Origin: Vermamoeba vermiformis
Taxonomy: Eukaryota
Length of the DNA stretch: 64,000 nucleotides
Assembly: GCA_045837725.1 (NCBI GenBank)
Contig: JBEWZL010000073.1
Coordinates: 1-64,000, forward strand
Direction: 5' to 3'
Positions within the stretch are counted from its first letter, which is position 1; each line of letters begins with the position of its first letter. This document shows, in pieces, positions 1 through 13,934 of this stretch. The position numbers and the translations under genes are program-made. The notes beneath the pieces are model-generated. The model was not told the DNA's origin, made no database searches, and was given only the letters and a program-made list of their open reading frames with translations.

Positions 1-183
1 ATGTTGAACTTGCTCATTGACTTTGTCTTCAAAGTCTGCCAGAGATTGTTGAGCTTGACCATTGACTTCAGGAATAGCAGCTTTTCAAACATTTGAAATA
101 CAATGGACCTGGCATTCTCCACTGGAATTTATTTATTTTCAAAAAATTATTTAATAGTAATTTAATAAATACTGGAATTCAAC

Positions 184-776
184 TTATAATTCCAATCTAT
201 GGAGAACATAGTAATTATTTGGCAATAGCTCTTTAGCCAAAGCACCATTGTGTGTTAAATAGTAAGTAGTGTTCTGCCTATGAGTTTCCTTATCAAGGCT
301 GAAATACTGCAAAATTGTTTTCCATGATGCAGTCCTTGAAACTATTCTCTGAAAGCCCTTGTTTTTAATTCCACAGCCCTGCATGCAAAGATTAATGAAT
401 TAGAACAGTAAAATTTGCATGTTTAACTTACATTGTTAACCCAATAAAGGCAATGATAGCAACCAACTAATGAAGTCAAGCGATAATGATGCTTTGCATC
501 TTCTCCATAAAAACGGGCTGCAAGTGCTTCCACTGAGCAAAAAAAATGTTGAAAAAAGCTAACCCCATCAAACTGGTAAATTGAGTGCAAAATCGCAACA
601 CATAATTGTCCCATTGAATATCGCTGCAAATTATCCAAGTCCCAATGTGCCAAAATGAGCTCTACATAATTATCATAAAATTCAGCAATTTGGCCTGAAA
701 TGTCTATTTCAAGAATTTCCGATGCACCACTTCGAATTGCTTCTTTCAGGTAAGAAACTGCTTTGTGGTCTGCCAT
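184..776 (-). CDS. Small orphan helical protein (2 exons), paralog of 2180-2659
   Basis: ORF 423-806 (ATG 776) splices GT..AG into ORF 184-384. It shares 'YSMGQLCVAILHSI' with 'YSVGQYCASILKVI' in the neighbouring ORF. Confidence 0.6.
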
Positions 777-1328
777 TGTGTTTGAAGAAAAAAGTAGTTG
801 CAACAAAAAATCACTAAACGTTTCTCACAAACAAATTCATAGGAGATGCATAAAGGATTGACCCTATAGGCTGAACATGTTACACTACTCTACTTTTATT
901 TTTATGGGGTCAATTGGTTGCATTGACTTCTTTTTACACAAGGTGTAAGTCTTGCAGGGCTGCAGCTCTTCAACAGGCCCAACTCCATTTTCCATCAAAC
1001 AATATTTGGGCGCATCGGATGGCTTTTTGTTGAACCATGGCAGAATTTCCACTACCAAATGTAAAACCGCAAATCACACCCGTGATTTTTGTCCCAAATC
1101 ACGGAGTATCTCGTGTGATGTAAATTTATCACGCAAGATTCTACTCACGGCGTGAGGCAGCAGCTTTTGATACATACAATAGCACATATGTATCATTTCA
1201 ATATCAACACACGAAGTTTAAATTAAATTGTATCTTTATTTTTGTTAGCACATTAACAATGAGATTATTAAGTATATGACATACGGTTGGACTTCAACAT
1301 CGCATTTATTGCAGCAGAAATTTCATTC

Positions 1329-1363
1329 CAGTTAAGTCCGCTGCGTTGAATCAGGCTTAACTG
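1329..1363. repeat. Hairpin element copy 1 (CAGTTAAG...CTTAACTG)
   Basis: Perfect 8-bp inverted arms; an inverted relative lies at 1884-1918. Confidence 0.55.
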
Positions 1364-1883
1364 CCAAGAGATTTCACTTCTGACCTAACACGTTGCTTGT
1401 TGCCTAAGAAAAATGTATCAAATTAATTTATTGACGTGGATTATAGAAGATTTTACCTTGAAGGTCAAATCCATTTCGCAGATTAACACATCCAGTTCGC
1501 TGCCTAGAACAAAAATTTAAAAAAAGATAATTGTAATTGCAAACTTACCTTTAGTAGTAAGATATCATCGCCAAAATATTTTGAGACATTTCTTAACAAA
1601 TAAAATTAAATTAATGTTTGTAGTTTATTAATATTAAAATTGATCTGGTCCGTAATTACTTACATTTGGTATCGCTGACACTCATAGAATAAAATATCTT
1701 ACGTTCATTTGATATTGTCTGCATCGCAGATGCGAGAAGCAATTAGATGAGTTTTTAAATTCGAAATTAATTACATACCACCGTTCATTTGCACTAATTA
1801 ATAGTGAATTAAAGGTAATATTGCTAACATGCAGCTCTTTGTGGTGAAGTGTTGTTTAGTTTAATGTAATTTTTTCTTTGCTG

Positions 1884-1918
1884 CAGTTAAGCCCGCTACA
1901 GCGCAGCTGACTTAACGG
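1884..1918. repeat. Hairpin element copy 2, inverted relative to copy 1
   Basis: cagttaagcccgctacagcgcagctgacttaacgg aligns with the reverse complement of copy 1 (cagttaagcctgattcaacgcagcggacttaactg). Confidence 0.55.
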
Positions 1919-2179
1919 GAAATTTCATCAGTCTCAATATCCTGCGGTTTGGTGGCTTTCAACAAATAAATTGCATTCGTATAATATAAACAAATACTAT
2001 TAATATTAAGTGCTAGAATTGTCCTTACTTATTACGCTGTTGCCAGCACTGCACAGCTATGCATCATTTATCGCAGTGCTTGGTGCCACGGTGTGGAAAT
2101 AAATCACTAGAGATCACGTGCCGAGATCACTGAGAGAATATAATCTCAGTGAGTTTCTGGGTTGCTACTTTTGGTAGTG

Positions 2180-2659
2180 TCAGACATTAGTGAAGTTGTT
2201 AAAATTTCTCTGAACGTCAGCCATCCATTGGTCACGATGCAGCCCTACAACAACTGATTTAGTCTCAAGCAGCAACAATTTTAACACTCTTACCATATTG
2301 TTCTTAAATGTACCATAGTCGTAACAAATTTCACCATAAAGAACTTTATCTATCGTGGCTGATCTGCCAAATCGCTGCTGTGCAAACAAAACTGCTGTCG
2401 GGATGAAACTCAAGCGAAAGATAAATCCTTCATCACGCTCTTCTATTACTTTTAGAATAGAAGCACAATATTGACCAACAGAATATTTCATTAATTTTCT
2501 GGCTTCGCGTTGAGACCAGATGTAATCCAATAATTCCTCGTAAGGTCTTGCAACCGCTCCACCAACTTCAGTCCGAAGCTCTTTGGACAACCAGGCATTA
2601 ACTGCTTCTTTTATTAATTTTAATTCGTCGTTTGTTGAGGGCGATACGTTGTTTTCCAT
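2180..2659 (-). CDS. Small orphan helical protein, paralog of 184-776
   Basis: Intronless ORF from ATG 2659 (MENNVSP...) carrying the shared YS.GQ.C..IL motif. Confidence 0.65.
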   Translation of the reverse strand: MENNVSPSTNDELKLIKEAVNAWLSKELRTEVGGAVARPYEELLDYIWSQREARKLMKYSVGQYCASILKVIEERDEGFIFRLSFIPTAVLFAQQRFGRSATIDKVLYGEICYDYGTFKNNMVRVLKLLLLETKSVVVGLHRDQWMADVQRNFNNFTNV

Positions 2660-2866
2660 TTGAATGAGAAAAAACAAATAAAAACGATTCTAATTAACTT
2701 AAAAATTCGTTAGTTTAACACCGTGCACTGGAAAATTAGGTACTAGAGTAATTAAATACAAACGTAATTGTACGAAAGTGATCTGCGTGCTCGAAAAATG
2801 CAAACGGAATTTGGTTTGTTTTATTTATTTGAGCAAACTGTAAACAACTTAACAATTAAATTTGTT

Positions 2867-4038
2867 ATGAAGCGTCAATGTAGAGACTCAGAATTAAATC
2901 AACGAAACCCAAAGAAAATCAAGAGAACTCACGAACGGATCGAGAGTGCAAATAACTTTCGGTACGTTTATTAGTTATAAATACGGTAATTATAATTAAC
3001 TAAAATAATTAAGCAGCAACAAACCGCCGGTCAAAGACTTTACCGCAGCTTTATTAGTACGTAATTAATTAACGGGTTAGGACAACGAATTAATTTCTCA
3101 TTTTATTGTTTAAAGAGCTCACAAATAGCGAAAATAAAAATAAATGGCGCGGGCTACGGCTCTGGTTTCCTTTTTGCAGACGATCTGCTCGTTACACCTC
3201 GCGCTACGTTTCCTGCAGATGCCACTACAGCTGAGCTCTCCTTTTTAGCCTGTCCACGCACTCCTTTTAGTGCCACTGTGCTTTGTTCGGCCAATCGCTG
3301 CACTACTCTCCAACTAACGGCAACACCAACAACGAGCGACCTGCGAAACGGAGATCAAGACCTTCAAACAGCCCAACCACTTCATTCCATGCGCGTACGC
3401 TACGACGCTGAAATTTCAGAGGGTAATGACGTCAAATTAGTAGCATTAGATGAAAAAGAAGGATTGAAATGGATCGAGGCCAAACTTGGACGTCCTTGCA
3501 GTAGCTTCTTTACAGTTGATACTACCTGCACAACAATTCCATCAGGAACGCCAATATTTAACAAAGAGTATGAAGTGGTTGGTATCGTTATCAGAACTTC
3601 ACCAGTTGGTATGTTTCGTAGCGGATCAAATCCACCTAGAAATTTATCGAACTAATTGCTATTGCAGACGGAGTTACTGCTGGCTATCTTAACGAGCTCG
3701 ATCTCAAAGTTAAAAGAGAGAAGCAGATCATCGTGCGGCCCGTTTGGATGCTATCAACATCAGCCTGCGAGGCGGTAGTGCAGGATCTGGTCAAACAACC
3801 GGACAGCTGGCGAAAGATTGCTGCAGAATTATATATCGATCCACAGAATATTGTTAATCAGGCAGGCGACGATGAACTCGCGCGATGTCGGATGCTGCTT
3901 GAAAGATTGGACAGCGAGCCAGTGTTAAAGCTGAAGAGTGCCCTCAATGAAATTGGTCTGCATCAAGCCGCGCAACAATTAGGGTCGACTGAGTTCACGC
4001 ACGATCCTTTCAGGAGCCGCTTAAAGCTCAATCCGTAA
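2867..4038 (+). CDS. Trypsin-like (probably inactive) peptidase fold plus C-terminal death-like domain, copy 1
   Basis: Exons encode GYGSGFLF..LLVT and SGTPIFNKEYEVVGI (trypsin_2-like). The last exon reads 'PDSWRKIAAELYID...CRMLLERL...LKSALNEIGLHQAAQQLG', a death-fold pattern. 5' exons are approximate. Confidence 0.65.
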
Positions 4039-5192
4039 AGCCATCTGGTCTCTCTCGCATTTTATAAGAGCTTAGAACTGTATAGTGTATTATATATTAA
4101 TGACATTAAGTATATAAATGATAGTTATATCGTATATTGCGTAAATATCAACCTTGGTAAGAATAATCAAATTCAATTATAATTTAATTTTAAATAATAG
4201 TCTCAGTCCTGATGCTTCGTTTTATCGCTATAATGTAATACCTACGTATAATTCATCCTGTACAAAATTCAAATTAATTTTAGAGTGGCTCCAACGACGA
4301 CGAAAGTGCAACGGTAACTTGATGCGACTTTGACGAACCAACGCGGCTTCTTGAAAGTCTCTCGTAGCGTGTTATACAAACTATGGTTCGTGCGAAATAC
4401 AATGTATACAATTGTGGTGTTCAAATTGTTGGTCTAATTGCAAGGCAACACCAAAGTTTAGCGATCTAAAAAATTTTCAGGTTCGTTGTTATTAACGCTT
4501 TGTCTGATGCACCACAACAAATATTATTGTATTTGTTTATACATATCAGTAGTACGTCATTTGTGGACCTAAGAAATGAAATGAGGAACTTTAACTAGTT
4601 AAAGCAGAGCAAATCTGGGTCGTGGGTATGTTCCGACAAATTAATGTTATTATTATTTTAATAATCGCGCATAATATTATGATAATTATTACACAGCTCT
4701 TAAAATTATTTCTAACAATTATTGGTTGATCAATTTTAATTCTGATTTTTTATCATCCACGAGCATTATTGTTAGCCCGATTCAATAATATTATTTCCTA
4801 CTGTAATCTTGATTGTTCTTCCCAATGAAAAATGCAAATTGATTCTGTTATATTTTTCATATTGCACTATGGCTGCAACGGTTATGCGCCGTTGTGGGGC
4901 GTGATCCAAAAAACACGCTCAACTTGCAGATTATTAACGTAGTTGAACAATGTCGTTGATGAAATACTAATATCATTGCAAATGTTGATTAAATAATACT
5001 ATTGCGTCGCTCTAAACAAACGCCCGTTTAAATAGAGAGTTCTATCATAAATTTCAACATCCGCTCGAAAAATAAGCGAAATTTTTAGAGTCGTGCTTCT
5101 TCATGCCACACTCGAGTTGCTAATTATTTGTTAAGCGATATTGTCGAACACAATAACACTTCAGCGAAGTTATATTCAAAACAGACTTCGAG

Positions 5193-7607
5193 ATGCGAAG
5201 CAAAACAAAAATTCTGTTGTTTTTCATACTGCTATGCACGCCTTACTTGGCATATACAGCGCGAATATCTATGCATCCTGCTTGCCATCCACAAAAGCGA
5301 GGGCTGTTAAATCAAATGACGTAAGCAGATGCACCGTCAACACTACATCCACGTACTAACTGTTGCTTTGAACAATAGTTGTGCCACAGAAAATGATATA
5401 GAACACTCTAGAAAAATAGGCACGCAATTTATGCACACTAAAATCATGCAAACAGAACATAAAAGGTCGAGTTCAGTCAAGCTGGATCCGATCATATTGG
5501 TGCCAGGTAACTATCCGCTTTCTTGATATAAATATCGTCATAATATAATATTATTAATATAGGTTTGAGCGGTACCGCGTTAGAGGCAAAATTAGAAGGA
5601 GTTCAAGGACCGCACTGGATTTGTCGTTCAAATTCTGACTGGTACCGAGCTTGGATCAGCTTTTCGGAGCTAGTGCCCGAAGTAGTGGTAAGAAATCAAT
5701 AATACTATATGAAAATATTAACCCCGAGCTCTTGTGCTCCAACAAAATAGGCCGAAAAGTTTTTCTTCAAACTTGTTTTCATTTCGATTTTTCTAATTCT
5801 TTGAAGCGACGAGATATTGCTAGTATTTTTTGCAATATCATTCCTAATTTGGTTATTTAGGACTGTTGGTTCCATACTTTGGATGTTTTGTACAACGAAA
5901 AGAACAACACGTACTCGAACAACAACGGCGTGTCAATGAGACCGATGGATTGGGGCGGTGTCAAGGTACGTTTATTGAGCGCGATACTGCGTTTGACACG
6001 TGTCAAACAACTGCTTTAAGGGACCCTTAAACTGGTCGATTAGATTCGTCCGAGACAACAAATTCGGATCAGATCTGGTTTATTACTCTTGGCAGTTGAA
6101 ATGTTAAAATTAATGTACCGTATCATGATCTAATCCCTCATTTCTTTATCAGGGCGTCGACTACTTGGATCGCATCTTCGGTTACCCGGTCTGGTTCTCA
6201 GCCTATTTTGCACCGTTGATTGCCGCTCTCGAAGGCGCTGGTTACGTCACTGGCAAAAACTTGCGCGCAGCTCCGGTAAGTGCCCAAATATAGCACTATC
6301 TGCGTCACTGACAGTCATTAACGGTGTTGTTGTTAGTACGACTGGCGCTTGCCCAATCATCACGACGACTTCGTGCCCAAATTGAAAGCACTGATTGAAG
6401 AGACTTATTATAGCAATGGCAATGCCGCCGTGCACTTGTTGTGCCATTCAATGGGCAACTTGCGCTTGTTGGACTTTTTGGATGCACAAGACAAGGAATG
6501 GAAGGTACGACTTGTCGAAAAATATTTTTCCGCGAGATCTTATTCAATAAGCCACGTGCTCGAGTGAATTTACGTCGGGATATTTAGCGAACGTAGTCTA
6601 ATTGACTCGTATTTTAGGACAAATTCGTCGCGTCTTGGATCGCAGTATCAGCGCCGTGGTCAGGCAGTCCAAAAGCCATTAGAACTATTGTAAGTTCGAT
6701 GAATCAAATTATAATCCTAAATCCAGTCCATACTTACTAATATTTTTAATAGATCTCAGGAGATAATTACGACTTCAAGTTTGGCTCGGTGCCCATTATC
6801 AATCAGATCAAGATCCGAGATCTAGCTCGTACATCAGGGTCAGTATTTAATGCTCCGATTAATGATTTTTAGCGAAATGCAATGACTAACCTGTCAGTCT
6901 ACAGAGGTATAATTAGTCTCGTGCCATCCGAACTGTACTACGAGAACACGACCATTGTTTATACAGACAAGCGCAAGTATACAGTTGGCGACTTTGAAGA
7001 GCTGTTTAGTGACATTGGTTCTAATGTAAGCAACGATAATTAATCATTGGCATTTAAATTCGATTTTAAAAATTTCATTGCTGACGAAATCTTTTTTTGC
7101 ACCAGATCACAACGAGTATTTACGAACAAGTCAGACCTTCAAAGTACTTGGTCGACAAAGCACCCGAAGTGACCGTTCATTGTTTGTTTGGTACGTCTAA
7201 TCTAATTCTGTATATTTCCGTAAAAGGTCTCGGAGGGTTTTGACCGTGTGCATCCAGGAACGAATTATCCAACCGAATTTATGTACTATTACAAGAACGG
7301 TTGGGACAAGGACCCGGAGATTTTTTACACCGAGGACGGCGATGGAACGGTACGTGCACGCATTAATTGGTGATTTCGCAATGTTTGGTTGCAACAACAT
7401 TAAAACCTTCGGAGATTTTTCAGTGAACGGCTGGCTGATTCATTAAAACTTTAGGTACCAGCCAGTAGCTTGACTAAGTGCAAGCGGTTCCGTGAAGGCC
7501 AATCAGAGCCCGTCTACATTGAGACTTTCAATTTGGCCGAACACACGAATATTTTGACCGACGAAGATATTTTCACTTATGTATTAAACGTGACAACGCA
7601 CTATTAA
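5193..7607 (+). CDS. LCAT / group XV lysosomal phospholipase A2-like, with signal peptide
   Basis: Multi-exon gene with PIILVPGLSGTALEA, CHSMG nucleophile, DGDGTVP and a late His (AEHTNIL). Hydrophobic N-terminus MRSKTKILLFFILL. Confidence 0.9.
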
Positions 7608-8846
7608 ATGTAAATAGTTTAAATTCACATACTACTTATGACGTGGCACAGTGCAATATTAAAAGTTGCAAAAACTTCAATGATTTTTGAATGAAAGTTG
7701 ATCGGCTTTGTCGCTGTGTTAGCTAGATCTAGCTTCTTAGCTTGTGTATGACGTGCTAATGAGCATTAGTAATTGCATCAATTTCCTAAATAGCTCGTTG
7801 TTACATTACTAGCGAGACAAGCCGCATTAGGATCGCACAATTTCAGATTCGGAAACCGCCCGCGATTTAAAATTTAAAATAATGCTACGTTGTATAATAA
7901 ATCAGCCACGCGTATTCGAGATGCAAAGAGGAAGGAACGCGTGATTGTGCAAGCCCACAAATTAAAATTCCAACGGCAACGTTACTAATTATTCGATTGT
8001 AAGATTAGATTACGCTATAATACCACAATAAACGCTTAGTAATACGTCATACCTTAGATTGTGACGTCAGTATCATCAAATATCGCGAAAACTGGCAATT
8101 CAAAGAGATCTAATTGAAAATAGGCGGATGTAAATTGTCGATCTGCTTCCAAAAAGTTTCGGGAATAGCAAGAATGAGACTAGCAGATATGTATTTCTTA
8201 ATGCATATGATTACGGCGACTAAATCTACGTAAACGCACAATGCATGTTTCCCCCGAAGTTTCTATAATTCGACCAATCAGAAACATCGTTCAGTGAAAA
8301 GGTCCTATCGGAATGAAAGTCCACGTGCAGATGATTCCAAATCAAGCGTAGATTTCATTGTGTGTGATGTGTTGGACCAATCACATCGCTTCAATCGCGA
8401 ATCACGCACCAATTACGGCAACGCGTTGTTCATTTCCTTTATTTTTGTATTTTTTCCTTCTCTTCCTGTTTTTTTTTCAACATCTGCTAAGCACATCCGT
8501 GCAACACTTCATATTTATTTTTTAGTATTCTTTCAAACTGAGTGCTAATAATACATCAAGCCGTGGTGGTGACTCGACGAGTAAGTTAATTAGGGCTCCA
8601 TCCTTGCTCCTACGAGTTTATAAACCTTCCTCGGACAATTACATCATCTCAATCATCTTATAATTACTTAAATAACCGAGTACACTCATAATAATATTAA
8701 ACTAAGCCTATTAAATTGGTGAATAGATTACATCTCGCTTTCGAATTTCATGAATCTAATTATTTTATATCGATGGAGGATAATCTATTGTAATAATTAT
8801 GATATAATATAGCAATAATACGTATTAACACTATCAAATTATAGAA

Positions 8847-11800
8847 ATGGTAACTAATGCCCCTATTCTCGTAGATTTAACCAAGTCCCGGGGTTCGTCT
8901 TCCCCGTTAATGGACAAGGACGAAATAGTCAAGGAGTTTTATACACTTAAGGATGTGTATAACAAAGGTTGGATTGACGATACCGAATTTCAGCAGCGAA
9001 AAAGGCAATTAGTCGATCGAGTCACCCATACCCCTTATGGCGAGATCTGGAACGGACCAGGCTCGCCCTCTAGAAACAGTACTTCAATAGCAAATATTAA
9101 TCCAACCAATGCTAAGGCGAATTTATTAAACAAAGACAACAACGGACGAAAAAGTTTTTCAGAAGAGTCGCACGACCTCTTGCTCAGAGAAAACGGTCAA
9201 AATAATGGCGCCAATAGCAAAGAAAATGGCCGAAACGGCAGTTTAGATTCAAGTAATAGCAAGTCTGACTCCGGCAAGCGAGCTAGTCCCGATTCTAATG
9301 GAAAAGATCCCGGATTCGAATCGAGTAATCCGATCAACGTTTCTCCACCAAATGGACCGGAGACCTCAAGTGACGATAGAAATAATATTGACAATTATCA
9401 CGACAATGGCGACAACCGGAAAAAAGTTGCCTCAATCGATGCTCTGATCAACAAAAATAGCCCACCGAGCACAGCTCAGCCGACAATTGTGTATCCTGTG
9501 GTAAGTCAAACTATATTCCGGGATATTGGGTAACAGTTCATCGGTGTTTAATCTTCAAATCTATGCACATTTATGGCAAATTTAAAAATTCTCCGATCTC
9601 AAAACTCCGGTGAGAAAAAAACCCAAACTATACGCGTGCAAGCGTCTTTTGTTCTCGGTTTTATCTTTTGGATACTGCCATTCATCATATAACTGATGTT
9701 TAATCACCCAGGCTTCGCCGGGACTGATGATGGACGGCATAATGCCTATGAATAGGATGCGACGCACCGCGCCTTCGGAGCCCAGTAATGACGGTAAAGG
9801 AGATGACCGAGTTCTGTCTCAGCTTTTATCTGACGATGTTAACATTAATAATCGATATTCTATTGGTACGACTTTCCTGGCTTTCGAAATTACATCTAGA
9901 TCTATCTGACCACCCAAAAACTAAATCATTTTTGAAATCGTATTTAACAATTCTTTACCACATTTTTTTCTTCAAATTGTAATATTTCTACGATAGCCAA
10001 AACGTTACTGAAATTCAATAATTAATTTCGCAAATCTACGATCGCCAACGGCATCCACATTGCTCCGTAGCCAAACACAATGATATCAATTAGCGTACCA
10101 ACCCTTTGTGCCGATGGTGCATAATCTTGATTTATTAATTCAGTTGCTGAAATCTCCTTTTTATTCTAGATCTGCCCGAGGCTCCAGTTGCAAGGCCGCG
10201 AGAAATTGTCACAAACGAAACTAACACACACAAACGCAATTACGAGGCTGCATTGGGTGCATTGACATCAATGAGCACTCATATACAGCAAGATGAATAT
10301 GAAAGACAGAAAAAACGTCAGCGGTTAGATCCAGATTCAGAAGTCATTGTCGTGCCTGCTACTATGTCAAATACCAGAGACATGCATAGCGGCACCATGC
10401 CGGTATTTATTGGTCAAGCTCTTAATATAGGCACATTAAACGAGAAAGATCTCGTGATTAAAAGTTTAAGGTAAATCCGACCCTAAATCCTAAAAACTTT
10501 AATTATCGAGCCTTGCGCAAGTACCACAATATCATTTTTTAAATATTTTTACCGCTGCTGCATCATATATTAATCATTTAATACAGCGAGGAGTTGCGAA
10601 AAACACAAACTAAATTGCGTGACTACGAGCACTTAGAACGAGAGCGAGAAATGAAGCGACAAGAAGAAGAGAGGTGGTATGTAATAGAGCTCTATTACAT
10701 TGGAATGTTTTTCGTAACTAATTAATCCGAAACAATTGCGCAAAGTGACCCTTTTGTGTTGTGGATGTGGCGGGTAAATTAACTTTAGTCTTTAGGATTA
10801 ATATGGTCGTTGATTACCCGCGACCAAGCATGCCAATATACCAACAAAGCGCTCCTAGCGCGGCCTACATCCAATCTCTACCTACAGTTCCGAGTCTCGG
10901 CAATACTGTCCCGAGCTTGTCTTCCATAGGTAAGTCCCCGCGCTCGTCGTGGAATAATAATCAAGATCTACTGTAATCTCCAATTAAAAATTATTAAGTG
11001 AATCTTGCAAATCTATCAAACAAAAGATCGTGAATAACACGAAATCTCCGGATGAAAAAATATTGACATATACTTATTAGGCAATCAATCAGGATCATCA
11101 AATACAGGCCTTAATCCTTCTGGCATGCCCCGTGAGCCCACAAGCAACGGGCCAGCGCCTCCCACAGTCACAATTCCCGCGCCACCGAATCCACCACCTT
11201 CAGTCGTCAATGGCCAAACCAACCCAATCGTGATGATGAGCACCATCGCTCCCAATGTGCCCGGTCACAAGTCCCCGCCACCTACTAGCGGCACTGTGTC
11301 GCCAGTCCCCGGGCAAGTCGCCGTCATTCCTCCCATGAAAATGAACGGAGCGTAAGTACTAAAGTTACGGATGACCAAATAAGGCAATAATGAGCTCACG
11401 TGCGACTTTCTAGACCATCTTTCCAACTACACGTGGCTAGCCAACCCCCAGCACGTGTCGTGTACCAACGGATCTTGAAGCCATTCCCGCAAGTGCAAGT
11501 GTTAGGTCCGCACCAACAATATCAGAATTTATACATCGAGGCCACGCTGCTACGGCGAGACACGCACGAGGAGGTCCCGCACTTGGACGGCAACACTTTG
11601 GTGCGTGTCTGGAACGGCTTTGCGACTTTCAGAAAGCTCAAAGTCACCTCGACCTCGCAGCAGTCCGGCACCCTGTTTCAACTCAGGTTCTCGCTCAAAC
11701 AATATGACTCCGCCAATTTTAAGGTAAGCCTCTCGACTATATACTCCAGCGCTTATTACATACTCGGTTACTAACGGTTCTATTTTTAGCCCATGGCGTG

Positions 11801-11861
11801 CAACACAGTCATCTCCGAACCCATCGAAGTATTTTCGCATTCACAGTACCTGAAGCAATAA
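8847..11861 (+). CDS. CudA-like (STAT-related DNA-binding domain) transcription factor with N-terminal SHOCT-like motif
   Basis: C-terminal 'QPPARVVYQRILKPFP...FATFRKLKVTSTSQQSGTLFQLRFSL...ISEPIEVFSHSQYL' is typical of amoebozoan CudA-family domains. The middle is N/S/P-rich. Confidence 0.8.
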
Positions 11862-12758
11862 GTGAATATGTTGAAGTCGGAACAATGTGCTAGATAAGAA
11901 GCAATTGTTTAAAGCTCTTTGGGGACTTCGTCGTTGAACAGCCGAATCTGAATCCAGTCTCAAACAAGGGGACATTTTGTATAAATTACTGATAAGGCTT
12001 TGTAATTAGCATTATTATTGTTGTAATATAAACATTTTTACGACCCAGCTAAACACAGTACTGTGGCAGAATCATTACGCGAGATACAACCGCTGCTAAA
12101 AATGCAAATGAACTGAACGTTGCCTAGGGAGTAAATAACGATATTGACTCAATAATCATGCAAACTAGGCTAGTCATTGTGCTTGTAGAGTAGAGATTTT
12201 GGCTCTTGAGATTATTGTCAATATTACACTGTATTTCGGCGCATAAAATTATTAATTTATCTCAACAAATGGTTATTGGATTATTTGCTGAAGTTACTCC
12301 CGCGAAGAAGGAAGATTCAACGAAGATCTTTTTTTGTGCCTTCCAAAATCAATGACGAAATAAATAGTCCGCCATTTAGTCATTTTAAAGCATTTATAAC
12401 AATTATAAAAATATAGCAGCGCATTAACTTACCGTTATTGCCAAATAAAGTGCTACCATGACTTGATCGAGTTATTTTTTGGCTTGATAAGCCTATTACG
12501 ATCATTCATCGTAGGTAATATAAAATATGACTCTTGCGAAGTATAGACTATACAATTGTGGTCGTTAATTTGATGTTGTAACAGAAAACTAGCTTCAAAC
12601 TTTCCAGACCAAAATTGGCGGCAAACCGAAAATTCAACTCTAAAAGTATGGGTAATTGTAAATATATTCTTAATAATTATACAAGATTAGGTAGCACCCG
12701 GTCTTTCGAGCCATTTTTGCTGCTTTGTGTGTCAATTTCGCTGGGTTGATCTACTACT

Positions 12759-13934
12759 TTACGGATTGAGCTTCAAACGGCTCCTGAACGGATCGAAGAT
12801 GAATTCTGTAGCGCCCAATGCCTCAGCAGTATGGTGCAGGCCCAGTTCGTTGATGAGTGCCTTCTTCAGATTCAACACTGACTCAGAATCCAAGTTTGCA
12901 AGCAGTAGGCGACATCGCGCGAGTTCATCGTCGCCTGCCTTATGAACGATATTCCGTTGATTAATATAGAATTTCGAAGCCAGTTTGCGCCAGCTGTCGG
13001 GTTGTTTGACGAGATCTTGCGCTACTGCCTCGAGTTCTGATTGTGTTAGCGTACAAACTCGCAGTATTGTCGGTGTGATATCTTTCTTAATGGTTAGTTG
13101 TGGCTCATTAAGAAAGCAGGCTGCTATTTCGTCTTCAAAATTGATTAGTAACGGATGTACATAAATTGCTTCGGATCAAGACCGCGTACCTCGCTCAGAT
13201 CTTTTAACGATGGCGATGACTTCGTTCTGTTTGTCTAAGACCGGTGTTCCTGCTTCTACTGCCGAGCTTGCCTCGATCCCGAATATTGTCGAGCCTTTGC
13301 CCTCACGAACTTTTCCATCGATCCACTTGAGACCTTCTTTGTCATCTAAAGCCAGTAATTTAACTTCGTCGCCTTCCGAAACTTTGGCGTCGTAACGTAT
13401 GGGCATTGGAGCGTACTTGAGTGTTGCAGCTTCTAGCATCGGATCGGAGTTCAGGCGGAGCGTAGTGCAGTGGTATGCTGAGCAGAGGACGGTGGCGTGG
13501 AATACAGTGTTCGGATCGGACAAAAAGGAGAGCTCAGCGGTAGTGGCGTCCAAAGGAAAGGTAGACCGAACTGTGACCAGCAGATCTTCTTGAAAAAGAA
13601 AACCAAGACCGTAACTCGTGCCATTTATCGTTATATTTGCTATTCTCGAGCACTATGAATAAATAATTAAAATAAATAAATAATGCAAATGAATAAAATT
13701 GTATTTTAACGTACAAACGAAGATGCTTCTACTTCTTTACAAGGTAGCGCGCTACTTAATTAATTAATAAATATTTAATGGCTAATTATAATGCATTTTA
13801 AACCTGGAAAAGTAATAAGGTTCTGTTGCAAAGAATGCATTTTGGCGTGCTCTGCTCTTCTCAAGTAGCTGCTGTATCTTGAGTCTTTTTGGGCTTGGTT
13901 GTGCTAATTCTGGTTCATCAAGTAGGCGCTTCAT
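12759..13934 (-). CDS. Trypsin-like fold plus death-like domain, copy 2 (inverted paralog of 2867-4038)
   Basis: DATTAELSFL, RYDA..SEG..VKL.ALD.KEGLKWI, VAQDLVKQPDSWRKLA and the identical C-terminus DPFRSRLKLNP*. Both copies begin MKR. Confidence 0.7.
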
